Positions 36,621 to 47,591 of a stretch of 64,000 nt of DNA are shown one piece after another (the first letter of the stretch is position 1; each line of letters opens with the position of its first letter). The notes under the pieces were generated by a model. That model searched no databases and had not been told where the DNA came from. It worked only from the letters and a program-made list of their open reading frames with translations. A program made the translations under genes and the position numbers. Origin of the DNA: an uncultured Actinomycetes bacterium (GTDB taxonomy: Bacteria; Actinomycetota; Actinomycetes; Mycobacteriales; Jatrophihabitantaceae); assembly GCA_963737785.1 (NCBI GenBank), contig CAVTTS010000010.1, positions 248,127 through 312,126 of the forward strand, written 5' to 3'.

Positions 36621-38074
36621 CCGCCTGTTTGAGCACGGCGATCGCCGCCGGCAGTCCCGACAACGCGGTCGCCAGATCCTCGGGATTCGCGATCCGCCAG
36701 GCGTTGGCGTTCACATAGCATCGGATCGCCGCGTCGAAGGCGGCCGGTCCGGCGGCCGCTCGGGCGGCGTGCAACGCGGCCGCGCCTTTGTCGTACGTGA
36801 CGGAGTAGTAGTCGTCCTCGTCCGCGCCATACGAGGCGGTCGGGCGGTCGACCTCGCCGAACTCGGTCAGAGCGGACGCCGGCGGGGGATCGTCGTCGAC
36901 CAGTTGCTCGGCGTACGACGCGAACGCCTCGTCGAGCCAGGCGTGCAGGGCCTGCGAATCGCCGACCATCGCGTAGAACCACTGGTGGGCGGTTTCGTGG
37001 ACGGCGACCAGCCGCGAACCGTCGAGCATCAGGATCGAACTCGGGTACTCGATCCCGCCGCCCTCGGCCGGCACCCGGGCGACCGACAGCGACGGGAACG
37101 GGAACGGGCCGAACCGCGCCGACAACTGCTGGATCGCCCGCGTGAATTCCGGGACGAGCTGATCGCGGATCGCCGACGAGTACGCGCCGAGCCGCAGGTG
37201 CACGCCGTCGACCACGGTGTCCGACACCGAAAACGGGCCGACCGCGACGCTGACGTCCCGGGCCGCGGCGATCGTCGAGTGCCAGGTGCTGTCGCCGTTG
37301 GCCCCTGGCGTCCCGGTCGCCGGATCACCCGACATGATCACCGTGTCGGCGGTCGGCGCAGTGACCGTGAGATCGGTGTCCATCGCCTCGCTCGTGGCGC
37401 TCTCGGCGGTGAACTGGATCATGGGCTCGTCGTGCCACCCGAAGCCGCGCTCCCACGCGAGCAGCGGCTGGGCGGATGCGAACCAGGCGAAGCCGCCGGT
37501 GCGACCGAAGCGGTCGAACGACTCGGCCCCCAACGTCAGGCTGAACGCGATGTCGGCGGTGACCGTCGTGCCGGCCGGGATCGTCGAGGGGAACGGGATG
37601 CGGAGCAGACCGCCCTGCCCGGACGCGTTGTCAGGGCTGAACGTCGGCGCGCCGGCCGCCGTGGTCGGCCCGCGCCGAGTCGACGTGAATGCTGTTGCCC
37701 TCGGCGACGGTTGGCGTGGTGTTGGCGGTCAAGCGGAACACCAGTTCGGTTATGGGCAGGTCGGGCGTGAACGAGATGTGCTCGGTGCCCGTCACACTCG
37801 CCAGGTCGTTGCTCACGACGAACGCAAGGGCGACGACGGGTCGGTGTGGATCGGGCGCCGCGTAGGTCGTCGGGCAGGCGGTCGAGGACGAGCTCGGCGC
37901 CGTCGACGAGGTCGTGGCCGACGATGCACTCGTGCGTCGGGCGACCGCAGCCGTCCCGCGCCCGTGCGTCGCGGTCGTACAGCCGCTCAGCAGCGTGGCC
38001 GCGCAGACCGCCGCGACGAAGGCCCGGGTGCCGGCCTTCGGCCGGGCGGTCAGGCGCGGTGCTCGGCCAGCCAT
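36607..38074 (-). pseudogene. Lipoprotein M1-family (gluzincin) metallopeptidase-like protein, frameshifted near 37530-37640
   Basis: The N-terminal part, in frame 37631-38464, begins MAGRAPRL... with lipobox LLSGC. The C-terminal part is in frame 36607-37533 with HExxH plus glutamate (VHETAHQWFYAMV ... WLDEAFASYAE). Confidence 0.65.
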
Positions 38075-38566
38075 GTGCGTCCGAGATCTTGCTCGAGCTC
38101 GACGGCCTTGACGATCACCGGCTCGGTCGCCGACTCGATCCGCCCGCCGAACAACGGTATGCCGGCGCGCAGGTCGCCACGCAGCTCGCCTCCTGTGCCA
38201 GAACCGTCCGGTCGCAGTTGGAACGTGCCGGTCATCTTCAGCGGTTGGCCCACGAAACTCACCACGACGTCGGCCGACCGCGCATCGTTCGGTTCCGCGG
38301 CCGCCCAGGTGTAGGTCTCCTCGACGGTGATGCCGTCGCGAACCATCGCCCGCACGAAGTCCGGGAGCCCGTCGCTCGGCAGCTTGCGTACGGTCCGGAC
38401 GATCGGCTGGTCGGCGGTCCCCCCGATGTCGACCGAGTAGCTCAACGCGCCGGACGCGGCGCACTTCTGCTCCTGGAACGTTCTGTCGATCATCATCGCG
38501 AAGACGGCGGCGGGGTCGTCGTCCGGCTGCGACAGCGTGGCGGTCACCTTCACGGGCGGCGCACCT
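38050..38566 (-). CDS. Hypothetical protein (C-terminal part of track ORF 38050-38793). The upstream end is unresolved because it overlaps the frameshifted hadB
   Basis: The ORF frame 38050-38793 encodes a non-HadC-like ~170-aa C-terminal domain (...PIVRTVRKLPSDGLPDFVRAMVRDGITVEE...). The N-terminal portion of the same ORF matches a HadB fragment (MLTMAL), which indicates frameshifts. Confidence 0.3.
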
Positions 38567-38975
38567 TCAGCCTTCGCCCGCGCGAGGACGGTCTGGCCGA
38601 GCGAGGTCGCCGTCAGGTCGATACCGACGAGATGATCGTCGCCGAGGGACGTGACCTGCCCCGACCTCGAGCACGGCCCCCTCGGGATCCGGGACCACGA
38701 CTGGACGGGTGAAGCGGACGCCGTAGTCGACGATCGCCCCGGAGTCGCCGACCCAATCGGTGACCGCACGGCAGCCAGCGCCATCGTCAACATGCCGTGG
38801 GCGATGACGTCCGGCAGCCCGACGTCGAGCGCGAAACGTCTGGTTCCAGTGGATCGGATTGAAGTCCAGCGACGCGCCGCGAGTACTGGACGAGGTCCTC
38901 GCGGACGATCGGGATCGACAGGCGCGGCAGTTCGTCGCCGACCAGAGCGATGCGAAGTCGATCATGCGGCGTCAC
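38567..38975 (-). pseudogene. hadB: (3R)-hydroxyacyl-ACP dehydratase subunit HadB (MaoC-like), interrupted by several frameshifts
   Basis: HadB hallmark segments are split across three frames: ALVGDELPRLSIPIVREDLVQY (38787-38975), DFNPIHWN and TDWVGDSGAIVDYGVRFTRPVVVP (38567-38965), and MLTMAL (38050-38793). Confidence 0.65.
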
Positions 38976-39418
38976 CGGCCGCGGCGCGCTCGATGACCAG
39001 TCCGTAGGCGGTCACGACCCGCTCGCCCTCGTCGGTCGAGACTTCGGCCTTGATCGAGACCATGTCGTTGCCGGCCGCCGAACGGATCGAATCGACCGAG
39101 ACGACGACCTGCAGCCGATCGCCGGCGTGCACCGGCCGGTCGTAGACGAAGCGCTGCTCGCCGTGGACGACGCGCGAGTAGTCGATGCCGAGAGCCGGGT
39201 CCTTGGTGATCTGCTGCCGGCCGGCAACGTCAGCAGGATCGGGAACGTCGGGGCGCGATCACGTCCGGATAGCCGAGCGCCCGGCCGCATCCGCGTCGCG
39301 GTAGACCGGGTTCTGGTCGCCGATCGCGTCGGCGAACTCGCGGATCTTCTCTCGCCCGACCTCGTACGTGCGCGGTCGGCGGGTACACGCGTCCGACGAA
39401 GGACTCGTCCAGGGCCAT
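38976..39418 (-). pseudogene. hadA: (3R)-hydroxyacyl-ACP dehydratase subunit HadA-like, frameshifted
   Basis: N-terminal MALDESFVGRVYPPTAHV (frame 39230-39418) plus an ...ALGYPDVIAP segment match HadA. Downstream frames are out of phase. Confidence 0.5.
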
Positions 39419-39629
39419 GGCGAACGACTCCTCGTGAGCGGCTGCTCATGACCCTGAACCGGCGACCTCGTCGGCCGCCCGCCACTCCGTGAGCGCCCGT
39501 GCCGACGTCAAACGGGCCGCGGCGGTCGACGACCCGACGATGGACGTGTGCAGCGGCAAGAGCCCCGCCCGGACGATGCCGGACGGGCTCCTGAACGGTC
39601 GGCGCACCGACCAGTCGGCGCCGAGGGGC

Positions 39630-39794
39630 TCAGCGGGTTTCGCGGTGCTCGGTGTGCTTGCCGCAGTTCGGGCAGAACTTCTTCATCGCCAGCCGGTCGG
39701 GGTCGTTGCGCCGGTTCTTCTTGGTGATGTAGTTGCGGTGCTTGCACTCCTGGCACGCCAAGGTGATCTTCGGTCGGACGTCGGTGGCTGCCAC
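39630..39794 (-). CDS. rpmG: 50S ribosomal protein L33
   Basis: GTG start ([54 protein letters not shown]). Zinc-ribbon Cys pairs. Adjacent to tRNA-Met and tRNA-Thr, as in mycobacteria. Confidence 0.9.
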   Translation of the reverse strand: MAATDVRPKITLACQECKHRNYITKKNRRNDPDRLAMKKFCPNCGKHTEHRETR

Positions 39795-39890
39795 GGGTAG
39801 TGCCTCTCGTTGTGATATTCGGATACAGCTTGGTGACGCTCGTAGAACGCGGCGGAACCGTTGAGTGTTCCTCGCCGAGCCGCGCGGTCG

Positions 39891-39964
39891 TAGCGAGGGC
39901 CGGATTTGAACCGGCGACACAGCGATTATGAGCCGCTTGCTCTGCCAGACTGAGCTACCCCGCC
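39891..39964 (-). tRNA. tRNA-Met (anticodon CAT)
   Basis: Reverse complement GGCGGGGTAGCTCAGTCTGGCAGAGCAAGCGGCTCATAATCGCTGTGTCGCCGGTTCAAATCCGGCCCTCGCTA with a canonical D-loop and T-loop. Confidence 0.85.
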
Positions 39965-39988
39965 CTGGACTCGAGCTGGGCGACCCAG

Positions 39989-40061
39989 AGCCCCCTTACG
40001 GAATCGAACCGTAGACCTTCTCCTTACCATGGAGACGCTCTGCCGTCTGAGCTAAGGGGGC
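39989..40061 (-). tRNA. tRNA-Thr (anticodon GGT)
   Basis: Reverse complement GCCCCCTTAGCTCAGACGGCAGAGCGTCTCCATGGTAAGGAGAAGGTCTACGGTTCGATTCCGTAAGGGGGC with anticodon loop ATGGTAA. Confidence 0.85.
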
Positions 40062-40317
40062 GAGCTGCCACGCCGCTGCCGCCGAGATCGACGCCCGCGG
40101 CAGTCAGCGCCGACCGCACGAGCTTACACGACCACAGGCCGTCCGATCTGCACCGGTAAGTGAGCGCCCCGCAGCCTCGGCCGACATCATGCGCGCGAAC
40201 AGACTGCTTGGCATCGCCGCCTGTCCGGGGTGTCAGGCTACGTGACGCGACGCGAGCGGCTGAAAGGTGCCATGACGTCGCATACAATCGTGAGAGCATC
40301 TGAGTGGAGGCGAGCCG

Positions 40318-41160
40318 ATGACCGCGGTCAAGAGCAGGCCGATGACCGGCACGGCCGCCCCCGGACGGGCGCAGATCTCCGCGCGGACGCTGCGCACCGA
40401 CCGCTGGTGGCAGGCCCCGCTCATCACCTTCGTGCTGCTCAGCACCTGGGTGCATCTACGCGATGCTGCGCACCGCCAGCCAGCGGGCCTACTTCGTCGA
40501 CGAAGTACCACTACCTGTCGCCGTTCACCTCGCCGTGCGTCACCGCGTCGCTGCCCTCGAGGCGCCCGCGACTTCGGCACCTGGTTCGGCCACTTCCCGC
40601 CGTTCATCCCGCTGGCGATCATCGGTGCTGCCGTTCCTGCTCGGCTTCCGGCTGACCTGCTACTACTACCGCAGGGCCTACTACCGCGCGTTCTGGCAGT
40701 CGCCGCCGGCCTGCGCGGTCGCCGAGCCGCACGCGCAAGTACACCGGCGAGACCCGCTTCCCGCTGATCCTGCAGAACCTGCACCGCTACTTCTTCTACT
40801 TCGCGCTGCTGATCTCGCTGATCAACACCTACGACGCGATCCGCGCCTTCCGCGGCCGCACGGCGGCTTCGGCCATCGGGCTGGGCACGCTGGTCATGGT
40901 CGATCAACGTCGTGCTGATCTGGGCGTACACGCTGTCGTGCCACTCCTGCCGGCACATCATCGGCGGCCGGCTCAAGCACTTCTCCAAGCACCCGGTGCG
41001 CTACCGGGCCTGGACGATCGTGTCGAAGCTGAACGCCCGGCACATGCAGCTGGCCTGGACGATCGCTGGTCACGGCTGGTGCTCACCGACTTCTACATCG
41101 CCCTGCGTGGCCTCGCGGCGCGTTCAGCGACCCGCGCATCATCGAGCTGATCACAGGAGC
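40318..41160 (+). pseudogene. sdhC: Succinate dehydrogenase/fumarate reductase membrane anchor (cytochrome b) subunit, frameshifted
   Basis: TM-rich fragments are spread over three frames (40318-, 40463-, 40230-). Lies immediately upstream of sdhA. Confidence 0.5.
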
Positions 41161-41172
41161 TGACCAGCTCGA

Positions 41173-43112
41173 GTGACCGAGATCGAGAAGCACGACTACG
41201 ACGTCGTCGATCATCGGCGCCGGCGGCGCCGGCCTGCGCGCGGCGATCGCGGCCCGCGAGGCGGGCATGCGCGTCGGCGATCATCTGCAAGTCGCTGTTC
41301 GGCAAGGCCCACACCGTGATGGCCGAGGGCGGCATCGCCGCCTCGATGGGCAACGTCAACAGCAACGACAACTGGCAGGTCCACTTCCGCGACACCATGC
41401 GCGGCGGCAAGTTCCTCAACAACTGGCGGATGGCCGAGCTGCACGCCAAGGAGGCGCCGGAGCGGGTCTGGGAGCTGGAGACCTACGGCGCGCTGTTCGA
41501 CCGCACCCCCGACGGCAAGATCAGCCAGCGCAACTTCGGCGGCCACGAGTACCCGCGGCTGGCGCACGTCGGCGACCGCACCGGCCTCGAGCTGATCCGC
41601 ACCCTGCAGCAGAAGATCGTCTCGCTGCAGCAGGACGACGCGCAGGCGACCGGCCAGACCGGAGCGTACGACGGCAAGCTGAAGGTGTTCGCCGAGTGCA
41701 CCGATCACCGAGCTGCTGCAGCGACGACGACGGCGCGATCGCCGGCGCGTTCGGCTACTGGCGCGAGACCGGGCGAGTTCGTGCTGTTCCAGGCGCCGGC
41801 CGTGGTGCTGGCCACCGGCGGCATCGGCAAGTCGTTCAAGGTCACCTCGAACTCCTGGGAGTACACCGGCGACGGCCACGCGCTGGCGCTGCGGGCCGGC
41901 TCGACCCTGCTGAACATGGAGTTCGTCCAGTTCCACCCGACCGGCATGGTCTGGCCGCCGTCGGTCAAGGGCATCCTGGTCACCGAGTCGGTGCGCGGCG
42001 ACGGCGGCGTGCTGCGCAACTCCGAGGGCAAGCGCTTCATGTTCGACTACGTCCCCGACGTGTTCCGCGAGCAGTACGCCGAGACCGAGGAGGAGGCCGA
42101 CCGCTGGTACACCGACCCGGACAACAACCGGCGCCCGCCGGAGCTGCTGCCGCGCGACGAGGTGGCCCGCGCGATCAACTCCGAGGTCAAGGCCGGCCGC
42201 GGCTCACCGCACGGCGGCGTCTTCCTCGACATCGCCACGCCGGCGCCGCCCGAGGAGATCCTCAAGCGGCTGCCGTCGATGCACCACCAGTTCAAGGAAC
42301 TGGCCGACGTCGACATCACCGCCGAGCCGATGGAGGTCGGCCCGACCTGCCACTACGTGATGGGCGGCGTCGAGGTCGATCCGGACACCGCGGCCGCCGC
42401 AGACGTCCCCGGCCTGTTCGCGGCCGGCGAGGTCGGCCGGCGGCATGCACGGCTCGAACCGGCTCGGCGGCAACTCGCTGTCCGACCTGCTGGTCTTCGG
42501 CCGGCGGGCCGGCGTCGGCGCCGCCGAGTACGTCGCGGCGCTGGGCGGCACGTACCCGGCGGTCGACCGAGGCCGCAGCTCGACGCCGCGGCCGCGAGCC
42601 GCGCTCGCGCCGTTCGACGCGGCCGACGGCGCGGCGAGAACCCGTACACCCTGCACCAGGAACTGCAGCAGACGATGAACGACCTGGTCGGCATCATCCG
42701 CAAGGCCGAGGAGATCGAGCAGGCGCTGGAGCGAGCTCGCAGGCGCTCAAGGCGCGGGCGCGCCAAGGTCGGCGTCGAGGGGCACCGGCAGTTCAACCCG
42801 GGCTGGCACCTGGCCCTCGACCTGCGCAACATGCTGGTGGTCAGCGAGTGCGTGGCCCGGGCGGCGCTGCATCCGCGAGGAGCGCCGCGGCGGGCACACC
42901 CGCGACGACTTCCCGGCGATGAGTCCCGAGTGGCGCCAGGTGAACCTGATCTGCTCGGTCGCACGGCGACGGCGACGGCGTCGAGGTCGTCGAGCAGCCG
43001 ATGTCGCCGATGCGCGACGGACCTGCTCGCGCTGTTCGAGCGCGACGAGCTGCGCAAGTACCTGACCGACGCCGAACTGGCGGCCGCCCGTCCCGAGGAG
43101 GAGCAGAGCATG
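41173..43112 (+). pseudogene. sdhA: Succinate dehydrogenase/fumarate reductase flavoprotein subunit, interrupted by multiple single-nt insertions
   Basis: GTG start VTEIEKHDYDVVVIGAGGAGLRAA (FAD motif), then HTVMAEGGIAA, FVQFHPTG and the active-site region, alternating between frames 41267- and 41316-. Insertions at about 41209, 41279, 41703, 41722 and 41759. Confidence 0.8.
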
Positions 43113-43868
43113 AGCTACGACGCGCAAGTTCCGGGTGTGGCGCGGCGACGCCGACGGCGGCGACCTCGCCGACTTCACCGTCGAGGTGAACGAGGGCGAG
43201 GTCGTGCTCGACATCATCCACCGGCTGCAGGCCACCCAGGCCGGCGACCTGGCCGTCCGCTGGAACTGCAAGGCCGGCAAGTGCGGCTCGTGCAGCGCCG
43301 AGATCAACGGCCGGCCGCGGCTGCTGTGCATGACCCGGATGTCGACCTTCACCGAGGACGAGACGATCACCGTCACCCCGATGCGGGCCTTCCCGGTGAT
43401 CCGGGACCTGGTCACCGACGTGTCGTTCAACTACAAGAAGGCCCGCGAGGTGCCGGCCTTCGCGCCGCCGGCCGGACCTGGCGCCCGGCGAGTACCGGAT
43501 GGAGCAGGTGGACGTCGAGCGCTCGCAGGAGTTCCGCAAGTGCATCGAGTGCTTCCTGTGCCAGGACACCTGCCACGTGGTGCGCGACCACGAGGAGAAC
43601 AAGGAGGCCTTCGCCGGGCCGCGCTTCCTGATGCGGATCGCCGAGCTGGACATGCACCCGCTGGACGCGCCGCGACCGGCAGGCACGCGGCGCAGGAGGA
43701 GCACGGCCTGGGCTATGTGCAACATCACCAAGTGCTGCACCGAGGTCTGCCCCGAGCACATCAAGATCACCGACAACGCGCTGATCCCGATGAAGGAGCG
43801 CGTGGCCGACCGCAAGTACGACCCGCTGGTCTGGCTCGGCAGCAAGATCGGCCGCCGCCCGTCCAGCT
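43110..43868 (+). pseudogene. sdhB: Succinate dehydrogenase/fumarate reductase iron-sulfur subunit, interrupted by about five single-nt insertions
   Basis: MSYDAQ[g]FRVWRGD..., the 2Fe-2S motif CKAGKCGSCSAEINGRPRLLCMT, and the 4Fe-4S/3Fe-4S motifs CIECFLCQDTC and CNITKCCTEVCP lie in alternating frames (43135-, 43499-). Insertions at about 43128, 43474, 43688, 43704 and 43717. Confidence 0.8.
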
Positions 43869-44111
43869 GACGCCGCGCTCGATTCGGCCATCGCGAACCC
43901 TCACGGGGCAGCCCAAAGCCCAGGTGATCGCACGGGGGAACGATCACCTGGGCCACCGCCGAGTATGCACGGGCGGTAGCGAGCGTGCAACCCGTGGTGA
44001 GAACTTATGAGTCTGGTGAGTGAAACCCGACAACGGCCGGTTCAGGAGTTGGTGTCGCGCGGGCGCCGGTAGCGGTTGAGTGGCATGTCGTATGTGGACC
44101 CGGGCCCGAGG

Positions 44112-44196
44112 CCTCGGATGCTGGTGGCGGGTGTTGGGTTCGAACCAACGTAGGCTGAGCCGGCGGTTTTACAGACCGCTCCCTTTGACCACTCGG
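44112..44196 (-). tRNA. tRNA-Tyr (anticodon GTA) with a long variable arm and an encoded CCA
   Basis: Reverse complement GGCGGGTTGCCCGAGTGGTCAAAGGGAGCGGTCTGTAAAACCGCCGGCTCAGCCTACGTTGGTTCGAACCCAACACCCGCCACCA. Confidence 0.9.
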
Positions 44197-44377
44197 GCAA
44201 CCCGCCGTGCGCTGTGCCGAGCTGTCGCCGGCGATACCGGCAACAGCGCAAGAGACTACACGGCACACGCGTCCGCCTCCGCATCGGTTTGCCCCCTCCG
44301 CTAACGTCGAGGCCGAGCTCGATACGTCGGGCGAGCACGCCCGCGTCGGGCGTCACGATCAGGAGGTAGTGCGAACG

Positions 44378-44875
44378 ATGGCCGATCCGTCTTTCGATGT
44401 CGTCAGCAAGATCGATCGAGCAGGAGGTCGACAACGCGCTGAACCAGGCGTCGAAGGAAGTCGCCCAGCGTTTCGACTTCCGCGGGACCAACACCTCGAT
44501 CGTCGCGAGCCGGCGAGCTCAGCGTCACGATCAAGTCCGACACGGAGGAGCGGGCCGCCGCGGCGCTCGACGTGTTCAAGGAGAAGCTCGTCAAGCGTTC
44601 GATCTCGCTGAAGTCGCTGGACGCGGGCGAGCCGAAGCAGTCGGGCAAGCAGTACGTCATCACCTGCTCGCTGCAGCAGGGCATCGACCAGGAGAAGGCC
44701 AAGAAGATCGCGAAGCTGATCCGGGACGAGGGCCCGAAGGGCGTGCAGGCGCAGATCCAGGGCGACCAGCTGCGGGTGTCGGCGAAGAAGAAGGACGATC
44801 TGCAGACCGTGATCGCATTGCTCAAGGGCGCGGACGTCGGCGTCGCCCTGCAGTTCACGAACTATCGTGAGCTGA
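44378..44875 (+). pseudogene. yajQ: YajQ-family (UPF0234) nucleotide/c-di-GMP-binding protein with three single-nt insertions; the last abolishes the stop and fuses the frame to rmlA
   Basis: AGGAGG RBS. MADPSFDVVSKIDR | [22 protein letters not shown] | ELSVTIKSD...LQFTNYR lie in three frames (44207-, 44397-, 44572-). Insertions at about 44421, 44514 and 44869 (tatcgt[g]agctga). Confidence 0.75.
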
Positions 44876-44877
44876 CC

Positions 44878-45756
44878 GTGAAGGGCATCGTGCTGGCCGG
44901 CGGCTCCGGCACGCGGCTGCACCCGATCACGCGGGCAGTCAGCAAGCAGCTGCTGCCGGTCTACGACAAGCCGATGATCTATTACCCGATGTCGACGCTG
45001 ATGCTGGCCGGTATCCGCGACATCTTGATCATCACCACTCCGCACGACCAGGATCAGTTCGTCCGGCTGCTCGGCGACGGTAGCGATCTGGGCCTGAACC
45101 TCACCTACGCGGCGCAGCCCGCGCCGAACGGGCTCGCCGAGGCGTTCATCATCGGACGCGAGCACGTCGGCACCGACACCGCGGCCCTCGTGCTCGGCGA
45201 CAACATCTTCTACGGGCACGGCCTCGGCGGGCTGCTCGGCGCCGGAGCGGCGTTGACCAGCGGGTGCCTGCTCTTCGGGTACCAGGTCAGCGACCCGCAG
45301 CGGTACGGCGTCGCCGAAGCCGACCCGTCCGGCCGACTGATTTCGATTGTCGAGAAGCCGGCCGCGCCGCGCTCGAACATCGCGGTGACCGGCCTCTATT
45401 TCTACGACAACGATGTCATCGAGATCGCCGCCGGGCTCGCGCCGTCCGCGCGCGGCGAGCTGGAGATCACCGACCTCAACAACGTCTACGTGGAACGCGG
45501 CGACGCGCGGCTCGTCGACCTCGGGCGCGGCACAGCGTGGCTCGACACGGGCACGCACGACTCGCTGCTCGAGGCCGGCCAGTTCGTCCAGGTGCTCGAG
45601 CATCGCCAAGGTGTCCGCATCGCCTGTCTCGAAGAGATCGCCCTCGGGCAGGGCTTCATCGATGCGGCGCAGGCCTACCGCCTGGGCGAGGCGTTGGCGA
45701 AGTCCGGCTACGGCCAGTACGTGATGGCGGTCGCAGCGGCGCATCGCGACCGCTGA
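44878..45756 (+). CDS. rmlA: Glucose-1-phosphate thymidylyltransferase
   Basis: GTG start [37 protein letters not shown]. Intact. Confidence 0.9.
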   Translation: MKGIVLAGGSGTRLHPITRAVSKQLLPVYDKPMIYYPMSTLMLAGIRDILIITTPHDQDQFVRLLGDGSDLGLNLTYAAQPAPNGLAEAFIIGREHVGTDTAALVLGDNIFYGHGLGGLLGAGAALTSGCLLFGYQVSDPQRYGVAEADPSGRLISIVEKPAAPRSNIAVTGLYFYDNDVIEIAAGLAPSARGELEITDLNNVYVERGDARLVDLGRGTAWLDTGTHDSLLEAGQFVQVLEHRQGVRIACLEEIALGQGFIDAAQAYRLGEALAKSGYGQYVMAVAAAHRDR

Positions 45757-45760
45757 CTTT

Positions 45761-46627
45761 CTACTTCCAGTACCGCGGGTCTTCCTCGGCCAGGCGCTGT
45801 AGGCGGGCGATCCGCTGATCCATCGGCGGGTGCGTCGAGAACAGGTTCGTCACGCCCTGCCCGCGGAACGGGTTCGCGATCATCATGTGACTGGCCGAAA
45901 CGAGCCCGGGCGCCTGCTGCAGCGGCATCGCCGCGGTGCCGGCCTGCAACTTGCGCAGCGCGCTGGCCAGCGCGAGCGGGTCGTTGGACAGCTTCGCGCC
46001 GGATTCGTCGGCCTGGTATTCGCGGGACCGGCTGATCGCGAGCTGGATCAGTCCGGCGGCGAGCGGTCCGAGGAACAGCATCAGCAGTTCGGCCGCCGGG
46101 TTGCGATCACGGTCGTCGGAGCCCCCGAAGAAGATCGCGAAGTTCGCTACGTACGTGATGCAGGACGCGATCGCGCCGGCGACCGAGGAGATGAGGATGT
46201 CGCGGTTGTAGACGTGAGACAGCTCGTGACCCAGGACGGCCCGCAGCTCGCGGCGATCGAGGATCTGCAGGATGCCCTCGGTGCAGCACACCGCCGCGTG
46301 GCGCGGGTTGCGGCCGGTGGCGAACGCGTTCGGCTGCATCGTCGGCGCGACGAACAGGCGCGGCATCGGCTGGTGGGCGTCCGTGGCCAGCTCGCGGACG
46401 ATCGCGTAGATGACGGGTTGCTCGGCCTCGCTGACCGGCCGCGCCCGCATCGACGCGAGCGCGATCCGGTCGGACGCGAAGTAGCTGAAGCCGTTGATGG
46501 CGAGCGCGAGAACCAGCCCGATCAGCAGGCCGTTGCGGCCCGCGATCAGGCCGCCGCCGCCGATGAGCAGTGCGGCGAGCGCGCCGAGGAGCACGGCGGT
46601 CTTGAGTCCATTGGTGGTCGAATGCAC
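45761..46627 (-). CDS. htpX: M48 family heat-shock zinc metalloprotease HtpX
   Basis: 288 aa with four TM helices and the HELSHV zinc motif. Intact. Confidence 0.9.
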   Translation of the reverse strand: MHSTTNGLKTAVLLGALAALLIGGGGLIAGRNGLLIGLVLALAINGFSYFASDRIALASMRARPVSEAEQPVIYAIVRELATDAHQPMPRLFVAPTMQPNAFATGRNPRHAAVCCTEGILQILDRRELRAVLGHELSHVYNRDILISSVAGAIASCITYVANFAIFFGGSDDRDRNPAAELLMLFLGPLAAGLIQLAISRSREYQADESGAKLSNDPLALASALRKLQAGTAAMPLQQAPGLVSASHMMIANPFRGQGVTNLFSTHPPMDQRIARLQRLAEEDPRYWK

Positions 46628-46802
46628 GTGAAGCCAACGCTCGAACAGGCCCGAGACGTTCCCAGGCCAGCACCCGGGAGACGCTGCGCTTCAATTCGGC
46701 AGGCGACTATTGGCGCAGAGAAACATGATGAGCGCCGAATGGGCGAATTGGTCGAGCTGACGGGATCACCGAAATAATTGCTTCAGCTATCGAAAGAAAG
46801 CG

Positions 46803-47225
46803 CTATGCGGCCCACCGGAACGAGCGCATCAATGCATCGATGCGCCGCTCGGCCTCGGCCTCGACCCGCCCGGACACGCGGAACTCGGCCAGGACGGCAA
46901 GCTGTCCGTCGGGCGCCGGGAGCAGGAAGCGCGACGTGTCGACCTCCGGCTCGAGGTCGAGGATCTCGGCAGCGACGCATCCGGCGCCGGCCGAGATGGC
47001 CGGCGGGCTGTCGGCGTCGACGAGGCCGAGCGTCAGGATCGCGGTGATCGATCCCAAGCCCTCGCCGTCGACGATGGCCGAGCACAGCATGGCCAACATC
47101 GGAGCGTCATCGAATTCAGCCGGAAACCCCGCTTCCTCGGGTCGCACTACGACCCAATCGCGGCAATCCAGCTCAAATGCGGGAAGCACAGTATCCCCTT
47201 TCATCGACCCCTCCTCTGTCGACAA
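46803..47225 (-). CDS. Hypothetical cytoplasmic protein
   Basis: 140-aa intact ORF with no recognisable motif. I considered a YbjN-like fold but could not support it. Confidence 0.45.
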   Translation of the reverse strand: MSTEEGSMKGDTVLPAFELDCRDWVVVRPEEAGFPAEFDDAPMLAMLCSAIVDGEGLGSITAILTLGLVDADSPPAISAGAGCVAAEILDLEPEVDTSRFLLPAPDGQLAVLAEFRVSGRVEAEAERRIDALMRSFRWAA

Positions 47226-47591
47226 AATTCATCGGCCAAGCCGACGGATCTCGGAGTCTTTCTTACCGAGTGAATCGTCATTCATCACCTCGGAACTCGA
47301 AACTCGCCTCACAATTGCTGACGATCCGGACGCTTGACTCGTCAACCGTTCCGCTCCGCGATCTAATCGGGGGCGGTGCGGCCGATCCGAGCGCTCCCGC
47401 GAGACATCGGCCACCGCAACGAAACATGTCGGCAACGACTCCGTACCATTGATCGCTGCGGAGCCTCGCAGCCAGCTCGCGCCCGGACGGCCCATCTCGA
47501 AGCCCGGACGGCGCGGCGGCGCGGCCCCGCTCCAACGACGACTCGCCGTCCGCGGCGAGGCCAGAACGGGAAGCCGGAGGCGGCCGAGCGC